31,664 nt of DNA. It comes from a virus. The DNA lies in the IMG/VR virus record IMGVR_UViG_3300029893_000002. One strand, given 5' to 3'. The position numbers and the translations under genes were made by a program. The notes under the pieces were generated by a model. It ran no database searches, was not told the origin of the DNA, and saw only the letters and a program-made list of their open reading frames with translations. Below are positions 8,186 to 16,323 of this stretch, one piece after another; position 1 is the stretch's first letter, and every line of letters starts with the position of its first letter.

Positions 8186-8484
8186 TCTACTGCGCGCAGG
8201 TCACGCTGGTCTCGCTCGAGGGGATCGGCGATGACGAAATGGATGCGCTCTACGCCTTCTTCGAGGACAAGATGGTCGTGAGCGGGGGTGACCCGGGTCG
8301 CGTCGTCGAGGCCGTCGGCGTCCTTCGCGCCCCGACGCGCGTCGGGCCGAAGAGCCTTCACAACGAGCTCACGCACGGGCTCCAGGAGGCCGGCTTTCGG
8401 GGCACCGTGACGAGCGAGTGGCGGCCGGCGAAGAGCGTATTCGCAGGCGGCACCGAGACGCTCTACACGGTGCTCATGCCGTGA
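8182..8484 (+). CDS. Hypothetical protein (100 aa)
   Basis: ATGA and GTGA overlaps with both neighbours. Confidence 0.7.
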   Translation: MIYCAQVTLVSLEGIGDDEMDALYAFFEDKMVVSGGDPGRVVEAVGVLRAPTRVGPKSLHNELTHGLQEAGFRGTVTSEWRPAKSVFAGGTETLYTVLMP

Positions 8485-9647
8485 GGTTCTACCTGACGAC
8501 CCACGAGCCCTCGTGGCTCAGCCGCCCCGAGATCGCGGGCGATACCTCGTGGGGGATCGAGGGCACGCCCCCGAGCGCTGGCGACGTGCCGCTCTTCGTG
8601 AGCCGTCACCGCCTCTCGCGGCTCAAGCGCCTGCGGCCGGCGGTTGCTCCGTGGGTGCTCGACTCGGGCGGCTTCACCGAGCTCAGTCCGCACTTCGGAG
8701 GCCCAGGCTACTGGCGGATCGACGCCGACGAGTACATCGACGAGGTCCTTCGCTACCGCGAGGAGATCGGCTGGCTCGAGTGGGCGGCGCCCATGGACTG
8801 GATGTGCGAGCCAGAGGTGGTCGAGCACGCGACGGCGCCTTCGGCACGGGGCTGGGAGATGCGCGAGGCCATCGCCCTTCACCAGCGCCGTACGACGGCC
8901 AACTACCTCGAGCTGCGCCAGCTTGCGCCCGAGGTACCGTGGGCGCCTGTGCTCCAGGGCTGGCACATGGCCGACTACGAGGAGCACGTCCGGGTGTACG
9001 AGGAGAATGGCGTCGATCTCACCGACCCCGATCTGCCCGCGGTCGGGGTGGGATCTGTCTGCAGGCGCTCGGACGATCCGGGGACGGGAGACCTCTTCCT
9101 TCGGCTCGACCTCATGTTCCGTGAGCTACGGCGCCACGGCATCGAGAACCTCCACGCGTTCGGCTACAAGACCGAGGGGCTGCTCACGACGGGGGGCGTC
9201 CTTGCGAGTGCCGACTCGCTCGCCTGGTCGTACGATGCGCGGCAGGCCGCCAATGCGATGCGGCGGCTCGGCTACGACGGAGGCGTCCTGCCGGGCCACT
9301 ATGACCCCGGGTTCCGCGATCCGGTGACGGGGCGCCTCATCCGGCACACGAGCTGCTCGAACTGCATCGTCTACGCCCTGCTCTGGCGGACGAACCTTCT
9401 CTGGCGGCTGCGGGAGGCCTACGGGTACTGGGAGCAGCTGGCCGACCTCACCACCGTCCCCATCGCGCCCTGGCACGCCGGCGAGGTCCTCGAGTCGGCG
9501 CCGGCGGGGCCGGTCCCAGCGCCCTCGAGCCTCGTCGTCCCGATCGACAAGCGCCGCGGGGTCGAGCTCGGGCGGCCGTCCCGAACGCCCGAGACCGAGT
9601 CGGCGACCGCGCGGCCAGCGCCGCTCGAGCAGCTCAAGCTGTTCTAG
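8481..9647 (+). CDS. dpdA: TGT-like transglycosylase, DpdA-type 7-deazaguanine DNA modification protein
   Basis: GTG 8481 overlaps the upstream stop. Motifs LDSGGF, PMDWMCEP, PVLQG, GVGSVCRR, LHAFGYK, SADSLAWS, CSNC match the phage TGT/DpdA-like pattern. Confidence 0.7.
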   Translation: MRFYLTTHEPSWLSRPEIAGDTSWGIEGTPPSAGDVPLFVSRHRLSRLKRLRPAVAPWVLDSGGFTELSPHFGGPGYWRIDADEYIDEVLRYREEIGWLEWAAPMDWMCEPEVVEHATAPSARGWEMREAIALHQRRTTANYLELRQLAPEVPWAPVLQGWHMADYEEHVRVYEENGVDLTDPDLPAVGVGSVCRRSDDPGTGDLFLRLDLMFRELRRHGIENLHAFGYKTEGLLTTGGVLASADSLAWSYDARQAANAMRRLGYDGGVLPGHYDPGFRDPVTGRLIRHTSCSNCIVYALLWRTNLLWRLREAYGYWEQLADLTTVPIAPWHAGEVLESAPAGPVPAPSSLVVPIDKRRGVELGRPSRTPETESATARPAPLEQLKLF

Positions 9648-9964
9648 TCGGCGCCCAGGCGAAGGGCCTCGAGCTCGGCCTCGAGCCGCCGCACCTTGGC
9701 CTCGAGCTCGGTCCGCTGGCGATACTTGTCGGCCTCGAGCCGCCGGACGGTCGCCTCGAGATCGAGCACCTCCTGGCGGAAGCACTCGGTCGCCGCCATC
9801 TCGGCCTGCCGGGTGCGGTTGGCGACGGTCTGGGCCATCTGGGTGACGATGGCCCTGGCGCCGGGCGGCATCGACTCGAGCCCGAGCTCGTTCCGGAGGA
9901 GCTCGAGGTGAACGTCGAGGAGATCGAGCGTCGTCTCGCTCGGCTTGTCGCGCTCCTCGGCCAC
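9644..9964 (-). CDS. Coiled-coil hypothetical protein
   Basis: Heptad repeats LEATVRRLEA..LEAKVRRLEAELEAL; converges on the dpdA-like gene. Confidence 0.65.
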   Translation of the reverse strand: MAEERDKPSETTLDLLDVHLELLRNELGLESMPPGARAIVTQMAQTVANRTRQAEMAATECFRQEVLDLEATVRRLEADKYRQRTELEAKVRRLEAELEALRLGAD

Positions 9965-9967
9965 GGC

Positions 9968-10183
9968 TCAGGACGGATAGAAGGCGACCCGCCGCAGGAA
10001 GAACGACGGATGGGTGAATCGAACGATCAGGGGCACGCGCTCCATCTCGAGGCCGCCTGGCCGTTCGATGCCGACGATCGCCGTGGCCGAAAAGAACCTG
10101 TCCCGGAAGCCGAGGATGAGGCCACCCGCGACACGGCTTCCCACGTCGAGCTCGCGGCCGGTCCTGGTGTCGATGACCCGCAT
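9968..10183 (-). CDS. Small hypothetical protein (71 aa)
   Basis: MRVIDTRTGRELDVG...; ATG 10183 lies just downstream of a good -10 element. Confidence 0.6.
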   Translation of the reverse strand: MRVIDTRTGRELDVGSRVAGGLILGFRDRFFSATAIVGIERPGGLEMERVPLIVRFTHPSFFLRRVAFYPS

Positions 10184-10191
10184 GGGATCCG

Positions 10192-10200
10192 ATTCTACCA
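10192..10200 (-). promoter_or_regulatory. Extended -10 promoter
   Basis: TGGTAGAAT on the - strand, 8 nt before ATG 10183, in a divergent gap. Confidence 0.5.
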
Positions 10201-10241
10201 CGCTTCCCAACCCCTCCAGGCTGTGGTAACCCCGTCGGACA

Positions 10242-11615
10242 ATGTCCGATAACCGTGACAATCTGATCGCCCAGGTGGCCGACGAGTACGAGGAGCGGAC
10301 CGAGGAGGAGCTCGACGCGCTGCGCCAGGCCATGAAGCAAGGGCAGATCCTCAGCGGCAACTACGTCGCCGAGCCCGTGCCGGGGAGCGACGTGCCCGGG
10401 ATCTTCCTCTCGTACGGCGCGCACCTGCGCTCGGGCTACGCCCATGTCGGCTACGCGCTCTCGCGCGTGCTCGAGCGGGACCTCGATCTGCCCGTCAAGC
10501 TCATCCCCCACCGCACCCTCGACATCGCGCTCGACCGCGTGCCGAAGGAACGCGAGGCCGACGTCGGCCGGTGGATGGGCGCGCCGGTCGGCATCGGAAA
10601 GCTCCTCGTCGTCACGATGCCGCTCATCGAGAGCTCCTACATGACCGGCCTCGCCTCGCGCCTCGTCACCTACACGACGCACGAGACCGATCGCATCTCG
10701 AAGGAGGCGGCCGCCCGGGTGTTTCTCTTCGAGAAGATCTGGTGCAAGAGCCCCCACGCCTGGCGCGCGTTCCGGCGCGCCGGCGTCGAGGAGGAGCGCC
10801 TTCGGCTGCTCTATCCGCCGATCGTCGGCGGCCCGTGGAAGTGCTCGGTGCGAGAGAGCCGCGGCGCGCCCGTGTCGGCCGAGCGGCCCTTCCGGTTCGG
10901 TTTCGTCGGCCAGTGGCAGCCCCGAAAGGGTATGCACGACCTCGTCCGCGCCTACTACCGCGCCTTCGCGCCCGACCAGCCCGTGCGGCTCGAGCTCCGG
11001 ACGAGCAGCCTCTTCAACGAGACGGTCTCGCAGCTCGAGCACCGGATCCGGCACGAGATCTCCGAGATTCGCTCCGAGTTCGCGCAGGACACCTTCCCTC
11101 CCATCCGCGTGCTCACGGGCATCAAGCTCACCGATCAGGAGCTCATCGACTGGATCGGCGAGCTCGACGCCTTCGCCAACCCCTCCTACGGCGAGGGGAC
11201 GGGCATCCCGCACGTCTACGCGATGGCGCAGGGCGTCCCGATGGTGACGACCCTCTACGGCGCGGTGGGCGACCTGATTCGCTCGGCGTACAACGCCGAA
11301 CCCGGCAAGGGGTTCTGCGGCCCCCATGGCCTTGTCGCTCATCGGCTCGAGCGGATCAGCACCGACATGCTGCGCATCAACCGCGCCTACGACTACGAGC
11401 AACTCTGGGGCCGCTACGAACCCGCGGATTTTGCCGACGCGATGGCGGACGTGTTCTGTCTCGGGCGCCAAGCGGGCGAGCAGTACCTACGCGACCCGGG
11501 AGCGCTCATCGAACGGGCGACAACCCTCCATGGACAGGAGCGCGCGCAGGCGGAGCTCCGGAAGCTGCTGGCCGAGGTCCTGCCCGAGAAGTACGCCGAG
11601 GAGTGGCTCCGTTGA
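10242..11615 (+). CDS. GT-B fold (GT4-like) glycosyltransferase
   Basis: SGYAHVG; FGFVGQWQPRKGMHDLVRAY; FANPSYGEGTGIPHVYAMAQGVP. Confidence 0.88.
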   Translation: MSDNRDNLIAQVADEYEERTEEELDALRQAMKQGQILSGNYVAEPVPGSDVPGIFLSYGAHLRSGYAHVGYALSRVLERDLDLPVKLIPHRTLDIALDRVPKEREADVGRWMGAPVGIGKLLVVTMPLIESSYMTGLASRLVTYTTHETDRISKEAAARVFLFEKIWCKSPHAWRAFRRAGVEEERLRLLYPPIVGGPWKCSVRESRGAPVSAERPFRFGFVGQWQPRKGMHDLVRAYYRAFAPDQPVRLELRTSSLFNETVSQLEHRIRHEISEIRSEFAQDTFPPIRVLTGIKLTDQELIDWIGELDAFANPSYGEGTGIPHVYAMAQGVPMVTTLYGAVGDLIRSAYNAEPGKGFCGPHGLVAHRLERISTDMLRINRAYDYEQLWGRYEPADFADAMADVFCLGRQAGEQYLRDPGALIERATTLHGQERAQAELRKLLAEVLPEKYAEEWLR

Positions 11616-12703
11616 TCGATCTCGTCGGATACCTCGGATCGCGGTTCAGCTACGCGACACACACGGCCGAGGTCGCGCGCGCTCTTCACCGCGAGAAACT
11701 CCTCGGGCGGATCTACAATCTCGATCCACACCATCTTGAGGACTACGCGGACGAGGAGTGGTTCGCCGCCTCGGCAGTCCACGGCCCATCGAGCGGGTCG
11801 GCACTCATCATCGCGCCACCACGCGAGGAGATCGACGCCTTCGCGAAGTGCTACGGGGAGGAGCGGGCGGCGCTCTTTCTATGCCCGAACACGAACCGGA
11901 TCGATGGCAAGAAGGTCGCTGGCGCATTCAAGCGGTTCGTCGTCCCGAGCCTGTACTGCGTGCGAACCGTCCGGGAGACGTTTCCTGACGCCGAGGTCCT
12001 GCTGGCGCCGCTCGGCTGCCCAGACGACTACTACGAGAAGCGTCAGCGCACGATCGGCGCCCTCCGGAGCAGGCTCGACAATCGGCCTGTGTGCATGCAC
12101 TTCACGACCGACTTCTTCCTCCCCGGCCGCAAGGGAACCGAGGAGCTCATTCTCGGATGGGCAGACTGCAACCTGTCCGAGCGGGCCGATCTCGTCATCC
12201 ACTGCCCCTTCCAGATGGTGGACCAACTCTTCTACCTCTGCGCGGACGCGGGGCTCTACGAACCCCATGTCCGCGTCGTCTCGGCACAGAGCCCGCAGGG
12301 ATCGACAGCGGGAGGTCTCGGCCAGCTGATGCTCAACTCGGACCTGGTCGTCCAGCCATCACGCGCCGAGGGCTTCGGGATGATGATCCTCGGCGCTCTC
12401 GTCCATGGGGTGCCGGTCGTGACGCCCTGCGCCACTGGCCAAGAGGGCTTCCTGCCGTTTTTCACGGCATGGCAGCCAATCCCGACCGCAGGCGAGGGCC
12501 CGCTCCACGGCGAGCTCGGCGACGCGCCGATTCTCGTGCCCTACGACATCGGCCGAGCCATCCACGCGGCACTCGACAGCCGCTCGAGGCTGCTTGATCG
12601 CGCCGAGGACGACGGCTACGTCGCAAGACGATGGACCTGGTCCGCCGTCCTCGAGCGGTGGATCGAGGTCGCACGAACCATCGGAGGGACCAATGCTCAG
12701 TGA
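11612..12703 (+). CDS. Second GT-B fold (GT4-like) glycosyltransferase
   Basis: TTG 11612 overlaps the upstream TGA (GAGGAG RBS). RKGTEELI; VQPSRAEGFGMMILGALVHGVPVV; WTWSAV. Confidence 0.85.
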   Translation: MIDLVGYLGSRFSYATHTAEVARALHREKLLGRIYNLDPHHLEDYADEEWFAASAVHGPSSGSALIIAPPREEIDAFAKCYGEERAALFLCPNTNRIDGKKVAGAFKRFVVPSLYCVRTVRETFPDAEVLLAPLGCPDDYYEKRQRTIGALRSRLDNRPVCMHFTTDFFLPGRKGTEELILGWADCNLSERADLVIHCPFQMVDQLFYLCADAGLYEPHVRVVSAQSPQGSTAGGLGQLMLNSDLVVQPSRAEGFGMMILGALVHGVPVVTPCATGQEGFLPFFTAWQPIPTAGEGPLHGELGDAPILVPYDIGRAIHAALDSRSRLLDRAEDDGYVARRWTWSAVLERWIEVARTIGGTNAQ

Positions 12704-13001
12704 GAAGGCGCGTGCGGCGATGATCCGCACCATCGAAAAGCACCGCGAGGACAAGGTCATCTACAAGCTCCGCGCGAAGTCGACCGTGCTCAAGGTCATG
12801 GACGGAGGCCGGACGGTGATTCCGATCGAAGAGCACGTCACGATCGAGTCGTTGAAGTCCGAGCTACTCGATCAGAGCCTCGTCCATATCCGGATGATCA
12901 CGGCCGATAACCACAACGCCGACTGCTACGTCGCGCTCGAGGACATCCTGTTCCTCTGGGTTCCGGGTAGCATCCGCACGGCTACGATCCAGAAGACGTG
13001 A
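12693..13001 (+). CDS. Hypothetical protein (102 aa)
   Basis: ATG 12693 after GGAGG; overlaps the GT stop. Confidence 0.7.
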   Translation: MLSEKARAAMIRTIEKHREDKVIYKLRAKSTVLKVMDGGRTVIPIEEHVTIESLKSELLDQSLVHIRMITADNHNADCYVALEDILFLWVPGSIRTATIQKT

Positions 13002-13171
13002 CCGAGCAGGGCGGCTACACGAAGGTGACGTTCCGGACGAAGGCGGCGCTCATCGAGAGGCTGCGCCGCCTAGCCGAGAAGAGAGGGCTCGTCCGTCTGA
13101 GCGGCAGACCGAACGTGAGCGCGCTACTCAATCAGATCATCGAGGAGTACCTGGACCGAGAAAGGGGTTGA
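12998..13171 (+). CDS. Ribbon-helix-helix DNA-binding protein (57 aa; not in the ORF track)
   Basis: Manual translation MTEQGGYTKVTFRTKAALIERLRRLAEKRGLVRLSGRPNVSALLNQIIEEYLDRERG gives strand-helix-helix; fills the gap exactly with a GTGA overlap. Confidence 0.75.
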   Translation: MTEQGGYTKVTFRTKAALIERLRRLAEKRGLVRLSGRPNVSALLNQIIEEYLDRERG

Positions 13172-13173
13172 CC

Positions 13174-13776
13174 ATGAGCGACGACAAGCTTGCCAAGGCC
13201 GCGAACGACGACCTCCGAAAGCAGGAGGAGGAGCTCCAGCGCCAGAAGCGCGAGCAGGGGAGGGACGAGCCGACCGTCCCGGCCTTCATCGTGCCGAGCA
13301 CCGCCGAGCGGGCGCAGCTCGCGACACAGGCGGATCTGAGTCGGGCGAAGCTCGCCGGCGTTCCGGTCGAGACGCGCCGCCGCTATCTCTGCGTCGCCTG
13401 CGGGTGGGACCGTACGCTCGAGTTCGACCCGAACGACCCTGGGGACGCGGCCATCCTCCAGGAGTGCGACGGCGACCTCGACAACTACCAGGGACCGTGC
13501 CCGAGCTGCCAGGGGATGACGCTGATGCCCTACGAGAAGGTCGAGGAGGGCGCGTCGGTGAACGAGCTCGCGCGCCAGCAGCTCGAGGACACCGCCCACA
13601 CGGTCACCGACGCCGTCATCGACAAGCTCGAGGAGCGCTTCTTCGACAAGTTCCAGGGCGCCGCGGCCGCCGCGGCCGCCGCCGCTCAGGGCGAGGGGGG
13701 TGCGGGCGAAGAGGGGGGCGCCGGCGAAGAGACGAGCGAGGAGCCCCCTTCGTCGACCGAGGAGGAGTCCGGGTAG
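13174..13776 (+). CDS. Zn-ribbon protein with acidic tail
   Basis: CVACG..CPSCQG; Ala/Gly/Glu low-complexity C-terminus. Confidence 0.75.
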   Translation: MSDDKLAKAANDDLRKQEEELQRQKREQGRDEPTVPAFIVPSTAERAQLATQADLSRAKLAGVPVETRRRYLCVACGWDRTLEFDPNDPGDAAILQECDGDLDNYQGPCPSCQGMTLMPYEKVEEGASVNELARQQLEDTAHTVTDAVIDKLEERFFDKFQGAAAAAAAAAQGEGGAGEEGGAGEETSEEPPSSTEEESG

Positions 13777-14477
13777 AGGTTTCGGACTTCGACGTGGACC
13801 ACGTCCTTACGCCACAGGCCGTGGCCCACGTCGAGGATCCGGATCACCTTGCCCGAGTCGCGCATGAGGTTCTCGTCGTGGAGGTCGGTCCAGTCGAGCC
13901 CGACCTGTCGTAGCTCGCGGACGCCGCGCGCGACTTGGTAGAGGATGACCTTGGCGCGCTTGACGAGCTGCGGATCGATGTCCTCCTCCTCGCGCCGAAT
14001 GTACTCGAGCCAGCGCGCCATGCTGGCGTCGGTGTGCGGGATCTCGAGCCGCATCTCGTCGTAGAGGTACCAGATGAGGTCGAGGAGCCACTGGTCCTGC
14101 TTGCTCAGGGGCTCGAGCAGCTGGCGCTCGATGGCGTACCACTGATCCCACCCGTCGGCGACGATCGTCTCGGGCAGCGCGAAGACCCGGTAGACGTCGA
14201 CCACGTGCGTGTTGCGCCGTCCGGCGAGGAGAGCGCAGGCGACAGCCTCGTCCTTGTCACGGGTGAGCTTGAGGACGTGTCGCCCTTCGATCACGTACGC
14301 GCGCCCGTAGCGGCCGGCGCCGAGCCGTTGCCCCCCCTGGGCGCTCGAGCGCACGTCGCGCAGGCCGAGGAGCGCGAGCGGGCGCCGGTAGAGCGCGATC
14401 ACGTCCTCGGGCAGCATCGCGGGCGGCAGCTCGTCGTCGTAGTCGTAGGAGCGGTCGTCGTCGGAGGTCGAGAGCAT
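13686..14477 (-). CDS. Protein kinase-like enzyme
   Basis: Gly loop LGAGRYG, VLK, helix-C Glu (DKDEA), catalytic loop DLHDEN, ILDVG. Start uncertain. Confidence 0.8.
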   Translation of the reverse strand: MLSTSDDDRSYDYDDELPPAMLPEDVIALYRRPLALLGLRDVRSSAQGGQRLGAGRYGRAYVIEGRHVLKLTRDKDEAVACALLAGRRNTHVVDVYRVFALPETIVADGWDQWYAIERQLLEPLSKQDQWLLDLIWYLYDEMRLEIPHTDASMARWLEYIRREEEDIDPQLVKRAKVILYQVARGVRELRQVGLDWTDLHDENLMRDSGKVIRILDVGHGLWRKDVVHVEVRNLYPDSSSVDEGGSSLVSSPAPPSSPAPPSP

Positions 14478-14576
14478 ACGCGGTAGTTCCCCTGTGGAGC
14501 CGCTGGGTTGAGCCGAGGCTCGTAGACCGGGGGCGGCGTGTAGTATCATGCCACTGAGCCGATCAGGAGGTCCATC

Positions 14577-15023
14577 GTGGGATACCGCCGCCGAGCCTTG
14601 GGATCGGCGCCGAAGCTCGTGCCCGGGCTGACGGCGCCCTCGAGCCTACCTCCGGGCCGGACGGCGCCGTACGACTACGGCGCGCTCCAGCGTCACGGGC
14701 TGCCGCTCGCGCCGGTCGTGCAATACGGCAGCTGGCGGACTGGCCAACCGCACCTCTACCAGTACGGCCGCGACCCCTACCGCGGGCTCGGGAGCGTCTC
14801 GAGGTGGCTCTGCGAGGGCGATCCGGTCATGAGCGAGGCGACCGAGGCCTTCAAGCAGGAGCTCCGCCAGATTTCGAGGGGCGCGATGTTCACGACGGTC
14901 GCGACGGGCCTTGCGGCCGGCGCCCTCGGTGGCCTCCTCGGCAGCACGCTCTGGGGCGCGGTCGCCGGCGGCGCCCTCGGCTACTTCGCGTACGCGACCC
15001 AGGTCGCCATCGCCGAGGGCTGA
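14577..15023 (+). CDS. Membrane protein with glycine-zipper helices, candidate virion protein
   Basis: AGGAGG RBS; Tyr/Pro/Gly-rich N-terminus ending YRGLGS; GLAAGALGGLLG..GAVAGGALG. Confidence 0.75.
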   Translation: MGYRRRALGSAPKLVPGLTAPSSLPPGRTAPYDYGALQRHGLPLAPVVQYGSWRTGQPHLYQYGRDPYRGLGSVSRWLCEGDPVMSEATEAFKQELRQISRGAMFTTVATGLAAGALGGLLGSTLWGAVAGGALGYFAYATQVAIAEG

Positions 15024-15026
15024 TCG

Positions 15027-15884
15027 GTGGCACCCGAGGAGGACCACCTCGGCCATCTCGAGGTGTACTTCAAGCTCATGCAGAGCGAGATCGAGCAGGC
15101 CCGTGACCTGCTCTTCACGAACTGGTGGGCAGCGGGCCCCGCGGCGGTCGATGCCGCCATCCACGACGACGATCTGGACGACCGCATTCGGGAAAAGATC
15201 GAGGCGATCGAGGACGTCGAAGAAGTCTTCGCCGACGACCTCGATCCCGAGGTGGTCGACGCCCTCGCCGAACACGTCGATGTCGGGGCCGCGCTCCACC
15301 AGGTTCACGACCTCGACCCGGCCGAGGCGCCGCTCTGGAGCTACTCGATGATGTACCGCGTGGAGCGCGAGCCCGAATGGCTCCTCCATTGCAGCGACGA
15401 GGCGCACCGGATCGCGAGTGAGGGGTTTCGCCGTGGCGTCGAGGACATCGGCCGCCTCGGGCTGACGACGTACCTGCCCGAGTCGTGGAAGGACTACCCG
15501 GGATACAACTTCGCATTCACGATCCCCGACGCGGCCCGCTACGCCTTCGAGCGGGGCGGCAGGTGCAAGTACGGACGGCACATGGTCCTGCTCAAGGCGC
15601 CATACGTGTACGTCTACCATCATGGCGACTCGGAGCCGCAGGCCATCTTCTGGGGGCCTGACGCCAGAGAGATCGTGCTCGTCAGCGAGGCGTACGGCTC
15701 GCTCGTCGCGAGCCTGCCGTCCGGAGAAGAGCTCGAGGCCGGGTCGATCGACGAGCTCATCGACATGCTCGAGGAGCTTCCCGAGGACGAGCTCAGGCCG
15801 AACACGGGCTACGAGATCGTCGGCTGGGTGGATCAGAAGGAGGCCGAGGAGATCCTCGGCGCTCCCATCGGAGGAAGACGATGA
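15027..15884 (+). CDS. Hypothetical protein, possible ADP-ribosyltransferase-like fold
   Basis: Clearly coding. WLLHCS..IASEGF..GYNFAF..KYG..DSEPQAIFW loosely follows the His / aromatic / acidic-strand ART arrangement; the function call is weak. Confidence 0.4.
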   Translation: MAPEEDHLGHLEVYFKLMQSEIEQARDLLFTNWWAAGPAAVDAAIHDDDLDDRIREKIEAIEDVEEVFADDLDPEVVDALAEHVDVGAALHQVHDLDPAEAPLWSYSMMYRVEREPEWLLHCSDEAHRIASEGFRRGVEDIGRLGLTTYLPESWKDYPGYNFAFTIPDAARYAFERGGRCKYGRHMVLLKAPYVYVYHHGDSEPQAIFWGPDAREIVLVSEAYGSLVASLPSGEELEAGSIDELIDMLEELPEDELRPNTGYEIVGWVDQKEAEEILGAPIGGRR

Positions 15885-16129
15885 GCTATCGCAACGGAGG
15901 CATGCTCGGGCCGCTCGGGGCCGAGGAGTCGACCCCCGAGCAGCCCGGACCCGCCCTCAAGGCGGTCGTCACGAAGCGCGGCTGGGTCGCCGTTCCCGCG
16001 AGGGACGTCCGCGAGCACCTCATGAACCAGCTCACCGTGCTCGGCTTCGGGATCCTGGTCGGGTTCGGCGTTGGTGCCGCGGTCGGGACGATGGTAGGGC
16101 GGCGCAAGATGCGTCCGAACGCGCGCTAG
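15881..16129 (+). CDS. Small membrane protein
   Basis: ATGA overlap; MLGPLGA; TM VLGFGILVGFGVGAAVG; ends RRKMRPNAR. Confidence 0.7.
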   Translation: MSYRNGGMLGPLGAEESTPEQPGPALKAVVTKRGWVAVPARDVREHLMNQLTVLGFGILVGFGVGAAVGTMVGRRKMRPNAR

Positions 16130-16323
16130 TCGTCGTCGCTGTCGTCGTCTCCCGCGCCGTCTTCGTCGATCCGCCGCGTCCGCAGGTGTCGCACCTCGGA
16201 CGGGTCGATGGACTGCCCGTCGCAGAACGTCTCGATCGCTTCGAGGAGGTCGTCGGCGTCGAGCGTGTCGACGACCGAGTCGCCCGGGGCGCCCTCGACA
16301 TCGGCCTCGATCCGGTACCTCAC
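16126..16323 (-). CDS. Small acidic hypothetical protein
   Basis: GGAGG RBS, GTGA overlap; converges on the + block. Confidence 0.6.
   Translation of the reverse strand: MRYRIEADVEGAPGDSVVDTLDADDLLEAIETFCDGQSIDPSEVRHLRTRRIDEDGAGDDDSDDD

Noticed and set aside
338-11471. Long antisense or alternative-frame ORFs (338-1396, 1443-2804, 1685-3187, 4742-6478, 9126-11471; also 26666-28162)
   Set aside because: Shadow ORFs expected at high GC3. They overlap better-supported genes and translate to motif-less, Arg/Ala/Pro-rich or antisense-type sequence.
10571-11611. 710-aa ORF 10571-12703 as one protein
   Set aside because: The N-terminal half is an off-frame overlap of the first glycosyltransferase. 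The real gene starts at TTG 11612.
13686-13776. About 90-nt tail-to-tail overlap of the kinase and Zn-ribbon genes
   Set aside because: Both overlapping tails are low-complexity; most likely stop-codon drift rather than functional dual coding.
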